DNA of 64,000 nucleotides from an uncultured virus (IMG/VR IMGVR_UViG_3300023184_000085) (taxonomy: Duplodnaviria; Heunggongvirae; Uroviricota; Caudoviricetes): the IMG/VR virus record IMGVR_UViG_3300023184_000085. One strand, given 5' to 3'. Below the pieces are notes generated by a model that did not search any database, was not told the origin of the DNA, and saw nothing but the letters and a program-made list of their open reading frames with translations. The first letter of the stretch is position 1; each line of letters begins with the position of its first letter. This document shows positions 10,372-20,003 of this stretch, piece after piece. Position numbers and translations under genes: made by a program.

Positions 10372-10755
10372 ATGGAATATAATTACCAAGAAATCGTAGA
10401 TCAACTTAAAAATCTATGGACTGAAAAAACCAAAGACTTTAAACCAACATGGTTTAAAATAAGCATAGACTATGTCGTGTTGTCGAGTGAATTTCTTCTT
10501 GGAATCACCGATATATTGGTGAATCACTTCCAATCATTTGATTTGCCGGGATTATCTAAAAAAGAAAAATGCATAGAAATATTATCTGAATTATTTAATT
10601 TTGTATCTAAAAACACAATCCCTACAGTGTACAAGCCGTTTTGTCCGATACTTAAAACTATAATTGTGAACTGCATACTTTCTACGGTTATAAATTTTAT
10701 AGTTAAAAAATACCAAAAAGGTTCATGGTCTACAAATGAGGAAATCAAAAAATAA
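10372..10755 (+). CDS. Hypothetical protein
   Basis: 127-aa ORF overlapping the protease start. Confidence 0.6.
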   Translation: MEYNYQEIVDQLKNLWTEKTKDFKPTWFKISIDYVVLSSEFLLGITDILVNHFQSFDLPGLSKKEKCIEILSELFNFVSKNTIPTVYKPFCPILKTIIVNCILSTVINFIVKKYQKGSWSTNEEIKK

Positions 10756-11695
10756 ATACTTGTGTAAACTTTTACCATACAAAAAAGAACAATTTTTGTC
10801 GATACAAGAAGCAAAGCAAGTTTGCGACTGGGGATTGGAATTATTAAACATTCCCAAAGCATGGAAATACACCGATGGCGAAGGTGTCACAGTGGCGGTA
10901 TTGGATACTGGCTGCGACCTAACACATTTAGACTTAAAAGATAACTTACTCGAAGGCAAGAATTTCGTAGATCCAAAAAAAGACCCTATAGATGACTCTG
11001 GACACGGTTCACATGTAACAGGAATCATATGCGCCTCAAACAACGATATAGGCATCGTAGGAGTGGCTCCAAAGGCCAAAGTTCGTCCTGTCAAGGTATT
11101 AGACGGCAAAGGTAATGGAAGTCTATTAAATGTAGCCAAGGGCATACGATGGGCAATTGAACAAAAAGTAGATTTTATAACTATGTCACTAGGATCTCCA
11201 GACCCAGTTCAAGAGGTTAGAAAGGCGATACAGCTAGCTGAAAAAAATGGAATTATAACATTTTGTGCTGCTGGCAACGCTGGTTCTACTCATGAGATTT
11301 TTTATCCAGCCAACTATCCAGAAACTATAGGAATAGGATCGATTGATTCAAATTTCAACAGAGCAAAATTTAGTTGCACCGGAGAAGACTTAGATTTCTT
11401 AGCTCCGGGAGTGAAAATATACAGTACTGTTCCTAAGAATTCTTACGCAGTACTTTCTGGCACATCCATGTCCAATCCATTTGTTGTCGGCATAGCTTGT
11501 TTAATTTTATCTTACAAAAGAAAGAAAAATTTAAATATAAAATTAGATTGCTCTGAGGACTATAGAAATTTATTTAAAAAACATGTAGTTTCCGTAAAAG
11601 ACATTAAAATTAAAGGTAAAAAATTCTTTGAAGGATTTGGAATTATCGATGCAAAAGAAATGGATAAATGGTCGGATCAAGTAAAGTTAATTTAA
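10736..11695 (+). CDS. Subtilisin-like S8 serine peptidase
   Basis: VAVLDTG, HGSHVTG, AAGN and GTSMS motifs. Confidence 0.95.
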   Translation: MRKSKNKYLCKLLPYKKEQFLSIQEAKQVCDWGLELLNIPKAWKYTDGEGVTVAVLDTGCDLTHLDLKDNLLEGKNFVDPKKDPIDDSGHGSHVTGIICASNNDIGIVGVAPKAKVRPVKVLDGKGNGSLLNVAKGIRWAIEQKVDFITMSLGSPDPVQEVRKAIQLAEKNGIITFCAAGNAGSTHEIFYPANYPETIGIGSIDSNFNRAKFSCTGEDLDFLAPGVKIYSTVPKNSYAVLSGTSMSNPFVVGIACLILSYKRKKNLNIKLDCSEDYRNLFKKHVVSVKDIKIKGKKFFEGFGIIDAKEMDKWSDQVKLI

Positions 11696-12166
11696 ATTTT
11701 CTTTTATAGAAAAATCTTTTATTTGTTTTTCAATAAGAACAGCTTCTTCTTCTGTGAGTTCTTTATTAAAATCATTTGTATATTTTTTTGCATAATCAAG
11801 ATATGCGTTTGAGAAATTCCTTCTTTCTTCGTGTAGTTTATCAATGCAAACTTTTAAGCCATCAAAGTTTTCATTTGTTTTTTCTTTTTCTTTCCATACT
11901 TTTTCCAGATTCGACAAAGTTCTAGAAGTATTTTCGCCAACAATTAAAACATATGTATGTTTTTCGAAATCGCTAAAATCAACAAATTTCTTTATTGTAT
12001 TTGTGTTTTTATTTTTAAATTTAACATTGTTCCATGTTTCAATCAAAAAAATACTTTTTAAATTAGCAGCATTTGTAATTTCTTTTTTATATTGAATTTC
12101 TGGTGTAGATTCTTGAGAAAAAACCAATACGGAAAAAACAAACAAAGAAAGTAAATTGTTTGTCAT
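11687..12166 (-). CDS. Hypothetical exported protein
   Basis: GGAGG RBS; signal-peptide-like N-terminus. Confidence 0.55.
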   Translation of the reverse strand: MTNNLLSLFVFSVLVFSQESTPEIQYKKEITNAANLKSIFLIETWNNVKFKNKNTNTIKKFVDFSDFEKHTYVLIVGENTSRTLSNLEKVWKEKEKTNENFDGLKVCIDKLHEERRNFSNAYLDYAKKYTNDFNKELTEEEAVLIEKQIKDFSIKENLN

Positions 12167-13011
12167 ATGATCCCTCCACTAACACGAATTACTCCGCCAT
12201 CCGCTTCTATTGGATCAACTCCTGCTGGACAAACTCTTTTTATCCACACAGCGAAAAAATCCAAAGGTCGAAAATCCCCAACTTCAGCTGGAGAAAAACC
12301 AGTGTAATTTACGAATGTAATACCAGCAGGATTGACTAGATTGTTTTCGATTTCATCTGCGATTCTATTTATAGGACTGCCAGCAACCGTCCTTGTAATC
12401 GCTATAGATCCAGACAAACCATAAACCGACACATTAGTCACTGACATTAAATCGTGATATCTATAACCAGCAGAACCAACGAATTCAATTTGAAACGCAA
12501 CCTCTTTAGATGATGCATCATTAGAAACCGAAACAGTGACATCTTCTAAATTCACAACAGAACGCAAAGAATTCTGAATTTCATTTGCCATTGTAGTAAA
12601 ATTAGAATCATAATTAATTGCAAGATTAGCAACTACGATCATGTCTCCGCCAACTAAATACTGATAATTTATATTAAAAGTACCACTTGTAATGGTGTCG
12701 TAGTTAGTTATTTTCAAATCTTGTCTTTCATTCAAAAATTCAAGTCCTATCGAAAGCAAAGATCCACCAGATACTTGACTAGTCAAAAAAACCTTTGTTT
12801 CAAACAAAGTAGAAACCGTATTGTAATTATTAACATAAATACATCTATAATCTGTATAACCAATAGTGACATCTGTTTGTTTTATATCAGAAAAAACACT
12901 GGTTCCAACCACTGGAAAAAAAGATCTTTCTCCGCCTAATGAGGACAATGGGTTGGCGTTTGTTTCGCCACCAGATAATGTGTATATTATATCTTCATTT
13001 GTAATTGACAT
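12163..13011 (-). CDS. Putative virion structural protein
   Basis: LSGGxxNxNPxxSLGG, YRCIY and AVWIKR motifs seen in phage structural proteins; beta-rich composition. Confidence 0.55.
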   Translation of the reverse strand: MSITNEDIIYTLSGGETNANPLSSLGGERSFFPVVGTSVFSDIKQTDVTIGYTDYRCIYVNNYNTVSTLFETKVFLTSQVSGGSLLSIGLEFLNERQDLKITNYDTITSGTFNINYQYLVGGDMIVVANLAINYDSNFTTMANEIQNSLRSVVNLEDVTVSVSNDASSKEVAFQIEFVGSAGYRYHDLMSVTNVSVYGLSGSIAITRTVAGSPINRIADEIENNLVNPAGITFVNYTGFSPAEVGDFRPLDFFAVWIKRVCPAGVDPIEADGGVIRVSGGII

Positions 13012-13035
13012 AAATTTTACTCTTGCTAGTTAGCA

Positions 13036-13821
13036 TTAGACTAAATACCCAGTAATCATTCCAAAATATGTAGGAACTTCATAAGATAAAAAATAAGATT
13101 TTAATTTACTATTCATTTCTAAAATCCCACACAAAACTAATAATTGAGCTTTGACATCAGTTCTAGCCTTGTGAATAAATTTATCATCTATATTCCTAAA
13201 TGATTTCAAGTCATTGTTTTCAAACATTTCAACCAATAAATCATCGAATTCTTTAGAACACTCGCTGTACGGAAACATAGGATTATTTTTTGAATGTGTG
13301 TGTGAGAAATCACATGAAAGTATAATTCCTATTTTTTTATTTTGAAGATTTATAAAATTATAAAAGTTCTTTCCAAAATCAATAATCTTCGACCTTTCTA
13401 TTTGGCTATCTATTGTTATTACGCCAACACTTTCTTTATCTTGAAGAAACCATAAAGGCACTAATGACCCCCAACTAGAATCGAATCGCAAATCATCGAT
13501 AGAAGAAACACCATCGTCAAACGAGCAATACGAAGCAAGATCTCTTGATACTTTGTCGTTAGAATACTGTTTCGATACGAAGACATCTTCTTTTCTGAAA
13601 GAAGAAACTATTAATGGAGATGTTACAATTGATATTTTTGAAGACAATATTCTGCTATGAGGATCTAAAACAAACAAATGATCTAATCTTTTATCTTTAA
13701 TTAAATGTCTTATTACATTTAATCCTTGAATGGTTTTTAAAGTGTTATTTTCTAATCCGTATCTTAATTCTTTAATTAAAATTGTGCCGTGAGGAACTAT
13801 TGTTATTAATTCTAAAGACAT
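13036..13821 (-). CDS. LigB/Memo-like (class III extradiol dioxygenase fold) protein
   Basis: VPHG, DPH, WGSLVPL, SCDFSH and YEVPTYFG motifs. Confidence 0.75.
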   Translation of the reverse strand: MSLELITIVPHGTILIKELRYGLENNTLKTIQGLNVIRHLIKDKRLDHLFVLDPHSRILSSKISIVTSPLIVSSFRKEDVFVSKQYSNDKVSRDLASYCSFDDGVSSIDDLRFDSSWGSLVPLWFLQDKESVGVITIDSQIERSKIIDFGKNFYNFINLQNKKIGIILSCDFSHTHSKNNPMFPYSECSKEFDDLLVEMFENNDLKSFRNIDDKFIHKARTDVKAQLLVLCGILEMNSKLKSYFLSYEVPTYFGMITGYLV

Positions 13822-13872
13822 TATTGTTAAATCATACTTGCCAAACACCAAACAATCAAATTATAATTTGTT

Positions 13873-14670
13873 ATGACTAAAAAGTATCAAAAAATTGATT
13901 GGACTAAAGATAAATCCAATAAGATATTGCAACTTTACAACAAGGGTATTGAATATTGCTTATTATCTGATAAATACGAACAATGCCACCAAATGGTTTG
14001 GTGTAAAGATTATCTACACGATGTCATGTACGCAACAATAAACAACAAACCAATTAAAATATTTAATTTTCAATATAATCCAAAAAAACAAAAAATACCA
14101 TCTATAAAAAAAATAATATTATGTATTGCAGATAATAAAAACAAAAATTTAATCAACGAAATAGAAAATTGTATAGATCTTTTAAATAAATTCGAACATA
14201 AAATTAAAATGAAAAAAAGTAAATTTTATTTATGCAAAAACCCATCAGATAATTACAAAAACGGAAGTATATTTATAATAGAGGGTGATAAAAGATGGCT
14301 GGCATCGCCACCTATGATTAGCTTGTATGCCATGTTGATCAGAATAGGTTTTTGTCACAAAAAATCAAACTCTATCGAAACAACCTTTACCAAAATAATG
14401 ACCAAAAAAATTAAAACATATCAACCTAGAGACATTTATAATTTCAAATCATCGATAAATGGCATGAAACTAATATTGGACAACGATGATAGAAACATAT
14501 TCTTTAAAAATCTAAAATATAATTACCCAATGGAAATAGACATATTGAGAATTCACAATTATCTTGGTATATCTAATTTCAGTGCTAAATTTGGCATGGA
14601 TATAATTGACGACTGGTACAAAAACATCAAGAAGCATAAAAACAAGAAGAGATTGCAATGTTCACAATAG
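13873..14670 (+). CDS. Hypothetical protein overlapping the amidoligase gene
   Basis: 265 aa; CKDYLHD and WLASPPMISLY; overlaps the ligase start. Confidence 0.6.
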   Translation: MTKKYQKIDWTKDKSNKILQLYNKGIEYCLLSDKYEQCHQMVWCKDYLHDVMYATINNKPIKIFNFQYNPKKQKIPSIKKIILCIADNKNKNLINEIENCIDLLNKFEHKIKMKKSKFYLCKNPSDNYKNGSIFIIEGDKRWLASPPMISLYAMLIRIGFCHKKSNSIETTFTKIMTKKIKTYQPRDIYNFKSSINGMKLILDNDDRNIFFKNLKYNYPMEIDILRIHNYLGISNFSAKFGMDIIDDWYKNIKKHKNKKRLQCSQ

Positions 14671-15569
14671 GAACTGATCCAGAATTTATTTTATGCAAAG
14701 GCAAAAAACCAATTTCCGCAATTGGTAAGTTTCCTCATGAAACAAAACCTTTAAAAAAGAATAACAACAAATTCTTCTACGACAATGTAATGGTCGAAAT
14801 TCAAATAAAACAAGCAAAATCAAAAAAAGATTTTATAGAAAACATAAAAACTGCCATCTACGACCTTGTCGTACTTTCCAAGCCTTATAGTATATCAAAT
14901 TTTAGCTCAATTACATTTCCAGACTCAGAGCTAACCAATTCAGAATCAAGAGTAATTGGCTGCAATGTTGATTATTGTGCCTATGAATTAAAAGCTATCT
15001 CTCAACCTAAAAACATCATAAAACACACAGGATTTAGAACTGCTGGCGGACACATACACTTAGGTTCAAAGTTCTTACACGAAAACCCATATGATTTCAT
15101 CCATGCAGTTAAAATGTTAGATTTATTTCTGTGCATACCAAGTTTACTAATCGACCAAACAAATGGAACTAAAAAACGCAGAATAATATATGGAAAGGCA
15201 GGTAGTCATCGTGCTACAGATTACGGCTTAGAATACAGGCCACTTAGTAACTTTTGGTTGTTCTCTCCATCTTTATGTTCGTGGGTTTACGACATATGTG
15301 AATTTGTGATAAATTTCATACAATCTAAAAAACATTTATTGTTTTGGAAAATAGACGAAGAAAAACTATCAAGTAATAATCCAAAAAAAGCATATAAATG
15401 TATTGGATATGATGTTAAAAAATTAAGACAAACAATCAACAATTCAAATTTAGAAGACGCACATCATTTTTTGAGAATAATAAAAGAACACTTGCCTTCA
15501 TCGCTTTATAATGAAATATTTAAATTTAAAAAATCCAAATTCAATATTGTAAAGAATTGGGAACTATAG
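14658..15569 (+). CDS. phiEco32-like COOH-NH2 ligase type 2 (amidoligase)
   Basis: IGTDPEF, DNVMVE, GCNVD, RTAGGHIHLG, RRIIYGKAG and GLEYRPLSNFW motifs. Confidence 0.9.
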   Translation: MFTIGTDPEFILCKGKKPISAIGKFPHETKPLKKNNNKFFYDNVMVEIQIKQAKSKKDFIENIKTAIYDLVVLSKPYSISNFSSITFPDSELTNSESRVIGCNVDYCAYELKAISQPKNIIKHTGFRTAGGHIHLGSKFLHENPYDFIHAVKMLDLFLCIPSLLIDQTNGTKKRRIIYGKAGSHRATDYGLEYRPLSNFWLFSPSLCSWVYDICEFVINFIQSKKHLLFWKIDEEKLSSNNPKKAYKCIGYDVKKLRQTINNSNLEDAHHFLRIIKEHLPSSLYNEIFKFKKSKFNIVKNWEL

Positions 15570-16250
15570 CAACATTTTTTTCACTTGGACTGTGATGCTT
15601 TCGTCTCTGCACTTGTGACACAACCAAGACTTATTTTTATTGCTAAATATTATAACTTCACAAGAAAGTCTTTTTTTATTTATAAAAACCAAATCATTAC
15701 ATTTATTACATTTTGTTTTACAGTTTCCTCTATGGATAATCTTCTTTTTTGATAAAACTTTATTTTTATTATGTAAAGACGCTTTGTAATCAGAATATAT
15801 TTTATTTAAACCTTCGGACATATATGTGAGCAGAAAATCATTGTCTGAACAAAAATTATACTGATAACCACTTTGATGAATTGATGGAGGAACAACAGAA
15901 TGTAATCCGTATCCTCTGAACTCTATTCCATGTATTTTTAAAAATCTTAATTTGGAATCATCGTTTATAAACAAGTGATGTGTGGATCTGTAACTTTGAA
16001 ACTTAATGTGCTTTTGGCTACCAATTAATTCATTTAACAATTTATTAGAAGAATGACAATCAGCTTCGACATCGATGATGTTGCCCAACAATATGCCAAT
16101 ATTGTAATCGCCTGTTTCAAAATATTTACGCCATCTTTCTGCTGTCCAATTTTTGTTCCATTTTAATTCAACTGGTTTTTTAGTTTGTGGACTCAAGGCG
16201 ATTGGTTTGAATCCAGCAGAAACATATGCGTCAAAATACTTCAAAAACAT
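15564..16250 (-). CDS. Bifunctional primase-polymerase (Prim-Pol) N-terminal domain with C-terminal zinc finger
   Basis: KKP, NIGILLG, DVEAD, HHLF and VVPPSIH motifs; CxxC...CxxC. Confidence 0.75.
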   Translation of the reverse strand: MFLKYFDAYVSAGFKPIALSPQTKKPVELKWNKNWTAERWRKYFETGDYNIGILLGNIIDVEADCHSSNKLLNELIGSQKHIKFQSYRSTHHLFINDDSKLRFLKIHGIEFRGYGLHSVVPPSIHQSGYQYNFCSDNDFLLTYMSEGLNKIYSDYKASLHNKNKVLSKKKIIHRGNCKTKCNKCNDLVFINKKRLSCEVIIFSNKNKSWLCHKCRDESITVQVKKMLL

Positions 16251-16261
16251 TACTGTTATCC

Positions 16262-16300
16262 AAAAAATAAAACAAGACAGTAGTTACTGCCTTGTTTTAT
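16262..16300 (-). terminator. Intrinsic terminator
   Basis: Minus strand ataaaacaaggcagt-aact-actgtcttgttttat followed by a T-run, downstream of 16331..18793. Confidence 0.7.
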
Positions 16301-16330
16301 CAAATTCAATCAAATCGATCAATGCGTAGT

Positions 16331-18793
16331 TTACTGAAACCAACCAATTCTTCCTTGAGGTGCAAATCCTACTTGACCAGCACTTGGCTTAATTACTTCT
16401 GGAAGATTTGTTAATCCATCAGAATGTTTTTCGTTACTGTCGTGTCCCAACATAGAATGAATGCTATTCCACCAATTGACTTCTTCTGTGGTTTGGTTGA
16501 AAAGTTTATCAATTTTATTAGTAAGACTAGTCTTAGTCTTATTAGTCATAGGCTTAGTATTAGTGTTAGTATTAGTCATAATAGGATTTTCATGAGTAAT
16601 TGAAACACCATCTTTAGGTCTTGTATTGAAAGGCAAACCTGTTGCAGAATTTGGAAGACCCATTTCTTTATTGACTTTTTGGCAAGAAGGGCAGATATAC
16701 CTTGCGGGTTGACCATCAGGTCTTACAGTAAGCATATCGATCTTATAATGTTTTTCGTTACAATTATAACATTTTTTTATCGTACGTTCAAGAGCAGCGA
16801 TTTTGTCTCTGTACTTATTTGCCGTCGTGTCAGTTGATTGATTTTTGCCTTTGTTTGGTCCGAAGTTCTGTACTCTTCCTGATGATGCTCCACCGCTTCT
16901 ACTATACAACCTTATAGTTTCGGCAGGTGGATTATGCCATTCATCATGATCATATGTGTCTTGATTTGTTTCTTTCATGTGATCATTGTATAGTTCGAGT
17001 AGATATGTTAATTTGTCTTCAATCTCATATGTGTTTTTCAATTTTTCAAGCTCAATATAATTGAATGATCTGCCTCTTGCTTCTTCAAGATCTTCTCTTC
17101 TAATGTTATAAATTGTTCTGAGTCTTCTTTTATCGTTGACTTTTTCTGGTTCATCGACATCTGGGCTGAATATTTTTGCTATTTCTGCGTCATGCCGAGC
17201 CTTGTGAGCATCATTTGTTTTGTCGAATGGCACTATCGGTTTCCCGCCTATAGCCCATTTGTAACTTTGATATAATTTGTCATGGTCTGTCATTCGCCCG
17301 CTCTTGTCATCTGAATTACCCGCCCCAATAACGAAACCAGATTGATGTAAATTTTTGTTTGCATGCCCCCCCCACGGGCTAAAGCTGTTCCAATGGTCTA
17401 AATGACTACTAAGATATTTGTGAAGATTATTAATTTTAATCAAATTTTTCTCACCTCTCAAGTATGCATTTAAATCCTCTTTTGTGTCAAAATTAAAGCC
17501 CGGTTGACCAAAATATGAATCCAATGGATTCAAAGGAAATACGTATCTTACTTTTTTTAATTTATCGTAATCTTTTCTTATTTTATTTTTTAAAGAATTA
17601 AGTTTTCTTTTTGTATCAGCTGCTTCCCTCGCTTTTTTTAATTCGTCTGATGTTAGTACTCTTTTAGGTTTATTAGCTCTAGCTACTGCTCTAGCTTTTT
17701 TAGCTTCTTGATTTTTTTCATCATTTTGCGAATTAAAATAGGCAAGTATTTCTTTAAGAGTAAAGATGCTTAAACCTATTAATTCTTTTGTTAATTCTTT
17801 TTTGTTTTGAAAAATTAATTTAAAATCGTTATCTTCAGGAATTTTCCAATTTTTATTTTTTAATTTATCGTAAACTTTTTTTATTTTCTTTTTAAGAACT
17901 GATTTCTGTTCTGGATGTACTTCATCATCTTCATCATCTTCATCTATGTTGTCCTGATCTTCTGCTTCAAAAAAAAAACTATCATCACACTTAACGGTTT
18001 TTAGCCATTCCTTGTGTTCTTTTAATTTTTCATCAAATTCTTTATCATCCATGTCTTCATCATCCATGTCTTCATCATCCATGTCTTCGTCATCCATGTC
18101 TTCGTCATCCATGTCGTCATCGTCATCCATGTCATCATCGTCATCCATGTCATCATCGTCATCCATGTCATCATCGTCATCCATGTCATCATCGTCATCC
18201 ATGTCATCATCGTCATCCATATCATCATCGTCATCCATATCATCATCGTCATCCATATCATCATCGTCATCCATATCATCATCGTCATCCATATCATCAT
18301 CGTCATCCATATCATCATCGTCATCGAAGTCTTCATCTTCATCGTCATCATCACCATGCATATAACCATGCATGTAACTTTCAGCAGTAGGTTGTTGATT
18401 AGTCGTATCAGCAGCTGGAGCATTAGCGTCAGCACCAGCATCTTCGCCTTCACCTTCTGGAGCTTCACCTTCTGGGGTTTCACTTTCGGAACTACCATCC
18501 ATCATAGCTGCGATTTTCTCAGCTTTTTCTTTATTTGATAATTCGTCATCCTTTAAAATCGAAAGGACTTTTTCTACATTATCACCAGAAGTTTCTTCGC
18601 TTCCAGACTCAGGTGCTACATCAGACTGTCCGTCTGTGGTTTGACCACTTGTATCAGCACTAGTTTCATCGCCCATTTCTTGTGTCGTATGAGAATTGCT
18701 CATTATGCCCATAGATTGTGGTTGTGAGATACCAAGATTAAAACTTGGCATCATGTTCTCATTGAATGTTTTCCAATTTTTATATGATAACAT
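16331..18793 (-). CDS. Large acidic, Asp-repeat protein; candidate internal head protein
   Basis: 820 aa; (DDDDDM)12(DDEDM)4 tract; MLSYKNWKTFNE start; late CxxC...CxxC. Confidence 0.7.
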   Translation of the reverse strand: MLSYKNWKTFNENMMPSFNLGISQPQSMGIMSNSHTTQEMGDETSADTSGQTTDGQSDVAPESGSEETSGDNVEKVLSILKDDELSNKEKAEKIAAMMDGSSESETPEGEAPEGEGEDAGADANAPAADTTNQQPTAESYMHGYMHGDDDDEDEDFDDDDDMDDDDDMDDDDDMDDDDDMDDDDDMDDDDDMDDDDDMDDDDDMDDDDDMDDDDDMDDDDDMDDDDDMDDEDMDDEDMDDEDMDDEDMDDKEFDEKLKEHKEWLKTVKCDDSFFFEAEDQDNIDEDDEDDEVHPEQKSVLKKKIKKVYDKLKNKNWKIPEDNDFKLIFQNKKELTKELIGLSIFTLKEILAYFNSQNDEKNQEAKKARAVARANKPKRVLTSDELKKAREAADTKRKLNSLKNKIRKDYDKLKKVRYVFPLNPLDSYFGQPGFNFDTKEDLNAYLRGEKNLIKINNLHKYLSSHLDHWNSFSPWGGHANKNLHQSGFVIGAGNSDDKSGRMTDHDKLYQSYKWAIGGKPIVPFDKTNDAHKARHDAEIAKIFSPDVDEPEKVNDKRRLRTIYNIRREDLEEARGRSFNYIELEKLKNTYEIEDKLTYLLELYNDHMKETNQDTYDHDEWHNPPAETIRLYSRSGGASSGRVQNFGPNKGKNQSTDTTANKYRDKIAALERTIKKCYNCNEKHYKIDMLTVRPDGQPARYICPSCQKVNKEMGLPNSATGLPFNTRPKDGVSITHENPIMTNTNTNTKPMTNKTKTSLTNKIDKLFNQTTEEVNWWNSIHSMLGHDSNEKHSDGLTNLPEVIKPSAGQVGFAPQGRIGWFQ
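18045..18323 (-). repeat. Coding tandem repeat: 12 x 18 bp plus 4 x 15 bp
   Basis: Direct reading of catcatcgtcatccat(a/g)t and tcatccatgtcttc(a/g) units. Confidence 0.95.
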
Positions 18794-18958
18794 GTTATTT
18801 CTGCCTTATACAAATTGTTGACTTATTGTTTTGTGTTATTCGTTGTTTTTTACAAAAAAATAATGAATAATAAATTACACACAAGAAATTTTTTTTAAAA
18901 ATTACCAATAAAATTTCTCATTTGTATATATCCATTTACTTCAAATATTAATCTAATT

Positions 18959-19768
18959 ATGAAATATTTACCCATAATAACCTTTGCTTTGACTGTTGTT
19001 ATTTTTGTTTGCTTGTTTGACAATAAATCAAAAAACCAAGAAGATGTCGATGAAGCGAAACAAGTACACAACGAAGATAACGACAATATTATAAAAAAAA
19101 TCAATAAAAACAGATGTTTAATTAAAAACATTAAAGCAGATCTGTATTATACTCAGAATATAAGTTTAAGAATTAACATAAGCACTTCTGGGTTGTTAGC
19201 TTATGAAAAAGACAATGATTTCAGACTAATTTTAAATTCTAATTTTAACAAAGAATTCGACATGGGAAGTAATTCCGATGGATTTTGGTATTGGAGCAAA
19301 AGATCAATAGATAAATCTTTATTTTTTTCAACCTATGAAAATATCAATAAGACAAGGCTGAAAGATCCATTGAATCCATTGGTTGTAAAGAAGAACCTAT
19401 GTGTAGACGAATTTCCAGAAGGATCTTTACTTTATCAAAGCGAAAATTTTTATATCATAAAAAGCAAATTAACATCAATCAATACAAACGAGAACATGAT
19501 TTACGAATGTAAATTGAACAAGAATGATCTAAGCACAATGTCTACATCTCTTATGGATCAAAACGATAAATTGATTTTCAAGTCAAAAACTCTTTCGAAT
19601 TATGATGTTGACGGACACAAATTGCCAAAAACAATTTCAATATTTTGGCCAGACGAAAAAATGAACATTACTTGGAATTTAAAGAACATTCAAATAAATA
19701 CGAAATTGAATAAGGCATTATGGAAAATGCCAAATCATAAAAACAAGATAGACATCGGCAAAGATTAG
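18959..19768 (+). CDS. Membrane-anchored exported protein, possibly LolA-like fold
   Basis: N-terminal TM helix; FRL...DMGSNxxxFWYW...LPKTISIFWP...LWKMP pattern. Confidence 0.5.
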   Translation: MKYLPIITFALTVVIFVCLFDNKSKNQEDVDEAKQVHNEDNDNIIKKINKNRCLIKNIKADLYYTQNISLRINISTSGLLAYEKDNDFRLILNSNFNKEFDMGSNSDGFWYWSKRSIDKSLFFSTYENINKTRLKDPLNPLVVKKNLCVDEFPEGSLLYQSENFYIIKSKLTSINTNENMIYECKLNKNDLSTMSTSLMDQNDKLIFKSKTLSNYDVDGHKLPKTISIFWPDEKMNITWNLKNIQINTKLNKALWKMPNHKNKIDIGKD

Positions 19769-19996
19769 TTATTTACCTAAAGCTCTGCGTATGGCATCTC
19801 TTCTTATTTTCTGTGTTTTTCTTTTTTCTGCATCTTCGCCGCTAGCACTTCTAGGCTGTGCAGGAGGCATAAAATTTTGAGTTTTAGCAGTCAAAGAATT
19901 AACTTTTTGAGTAGTTTGCAACATTCCAAGCATTTTGCCGGGAGCTATTGTTGGTCTTCTAGAACCACCACCATTGCCTTTACATCCGCATCCCAT
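19769..19996 (-). CDS. Small basic protein with MGCGC N-terminus
   Basis: GAGG RBS; 75 aa. Confidence 0.6.
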   Translation of the reverse strand: MGCGCKGNGGGSRRPTIAPGKMLGMLQTTQKVNSLTAKTQNFMPPAQPRSASGEDAEKRKTQKIRRDAIRRALGK

Positions 19997-20003
19997 AATA
20001 ACC

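Noticed and set aside
18045..18323. Regular repeats as a CRISPR array
   Set aside because: Contiguous in-frame coding units with no unique spacers and no cas genes.
18012..18498. Poly-Ser and MTMMIW alternative-frame ORFs
   Set aside because: By-products of the stop-free Asp tandem repeat.
5499..19768. Host assignment (e.g. Planctomycetota) from the RPRLFRR..CGPGG and LolA-like proteins
   Set aside because: Impression only; it needs homology or spacer matching that cannot be done here.
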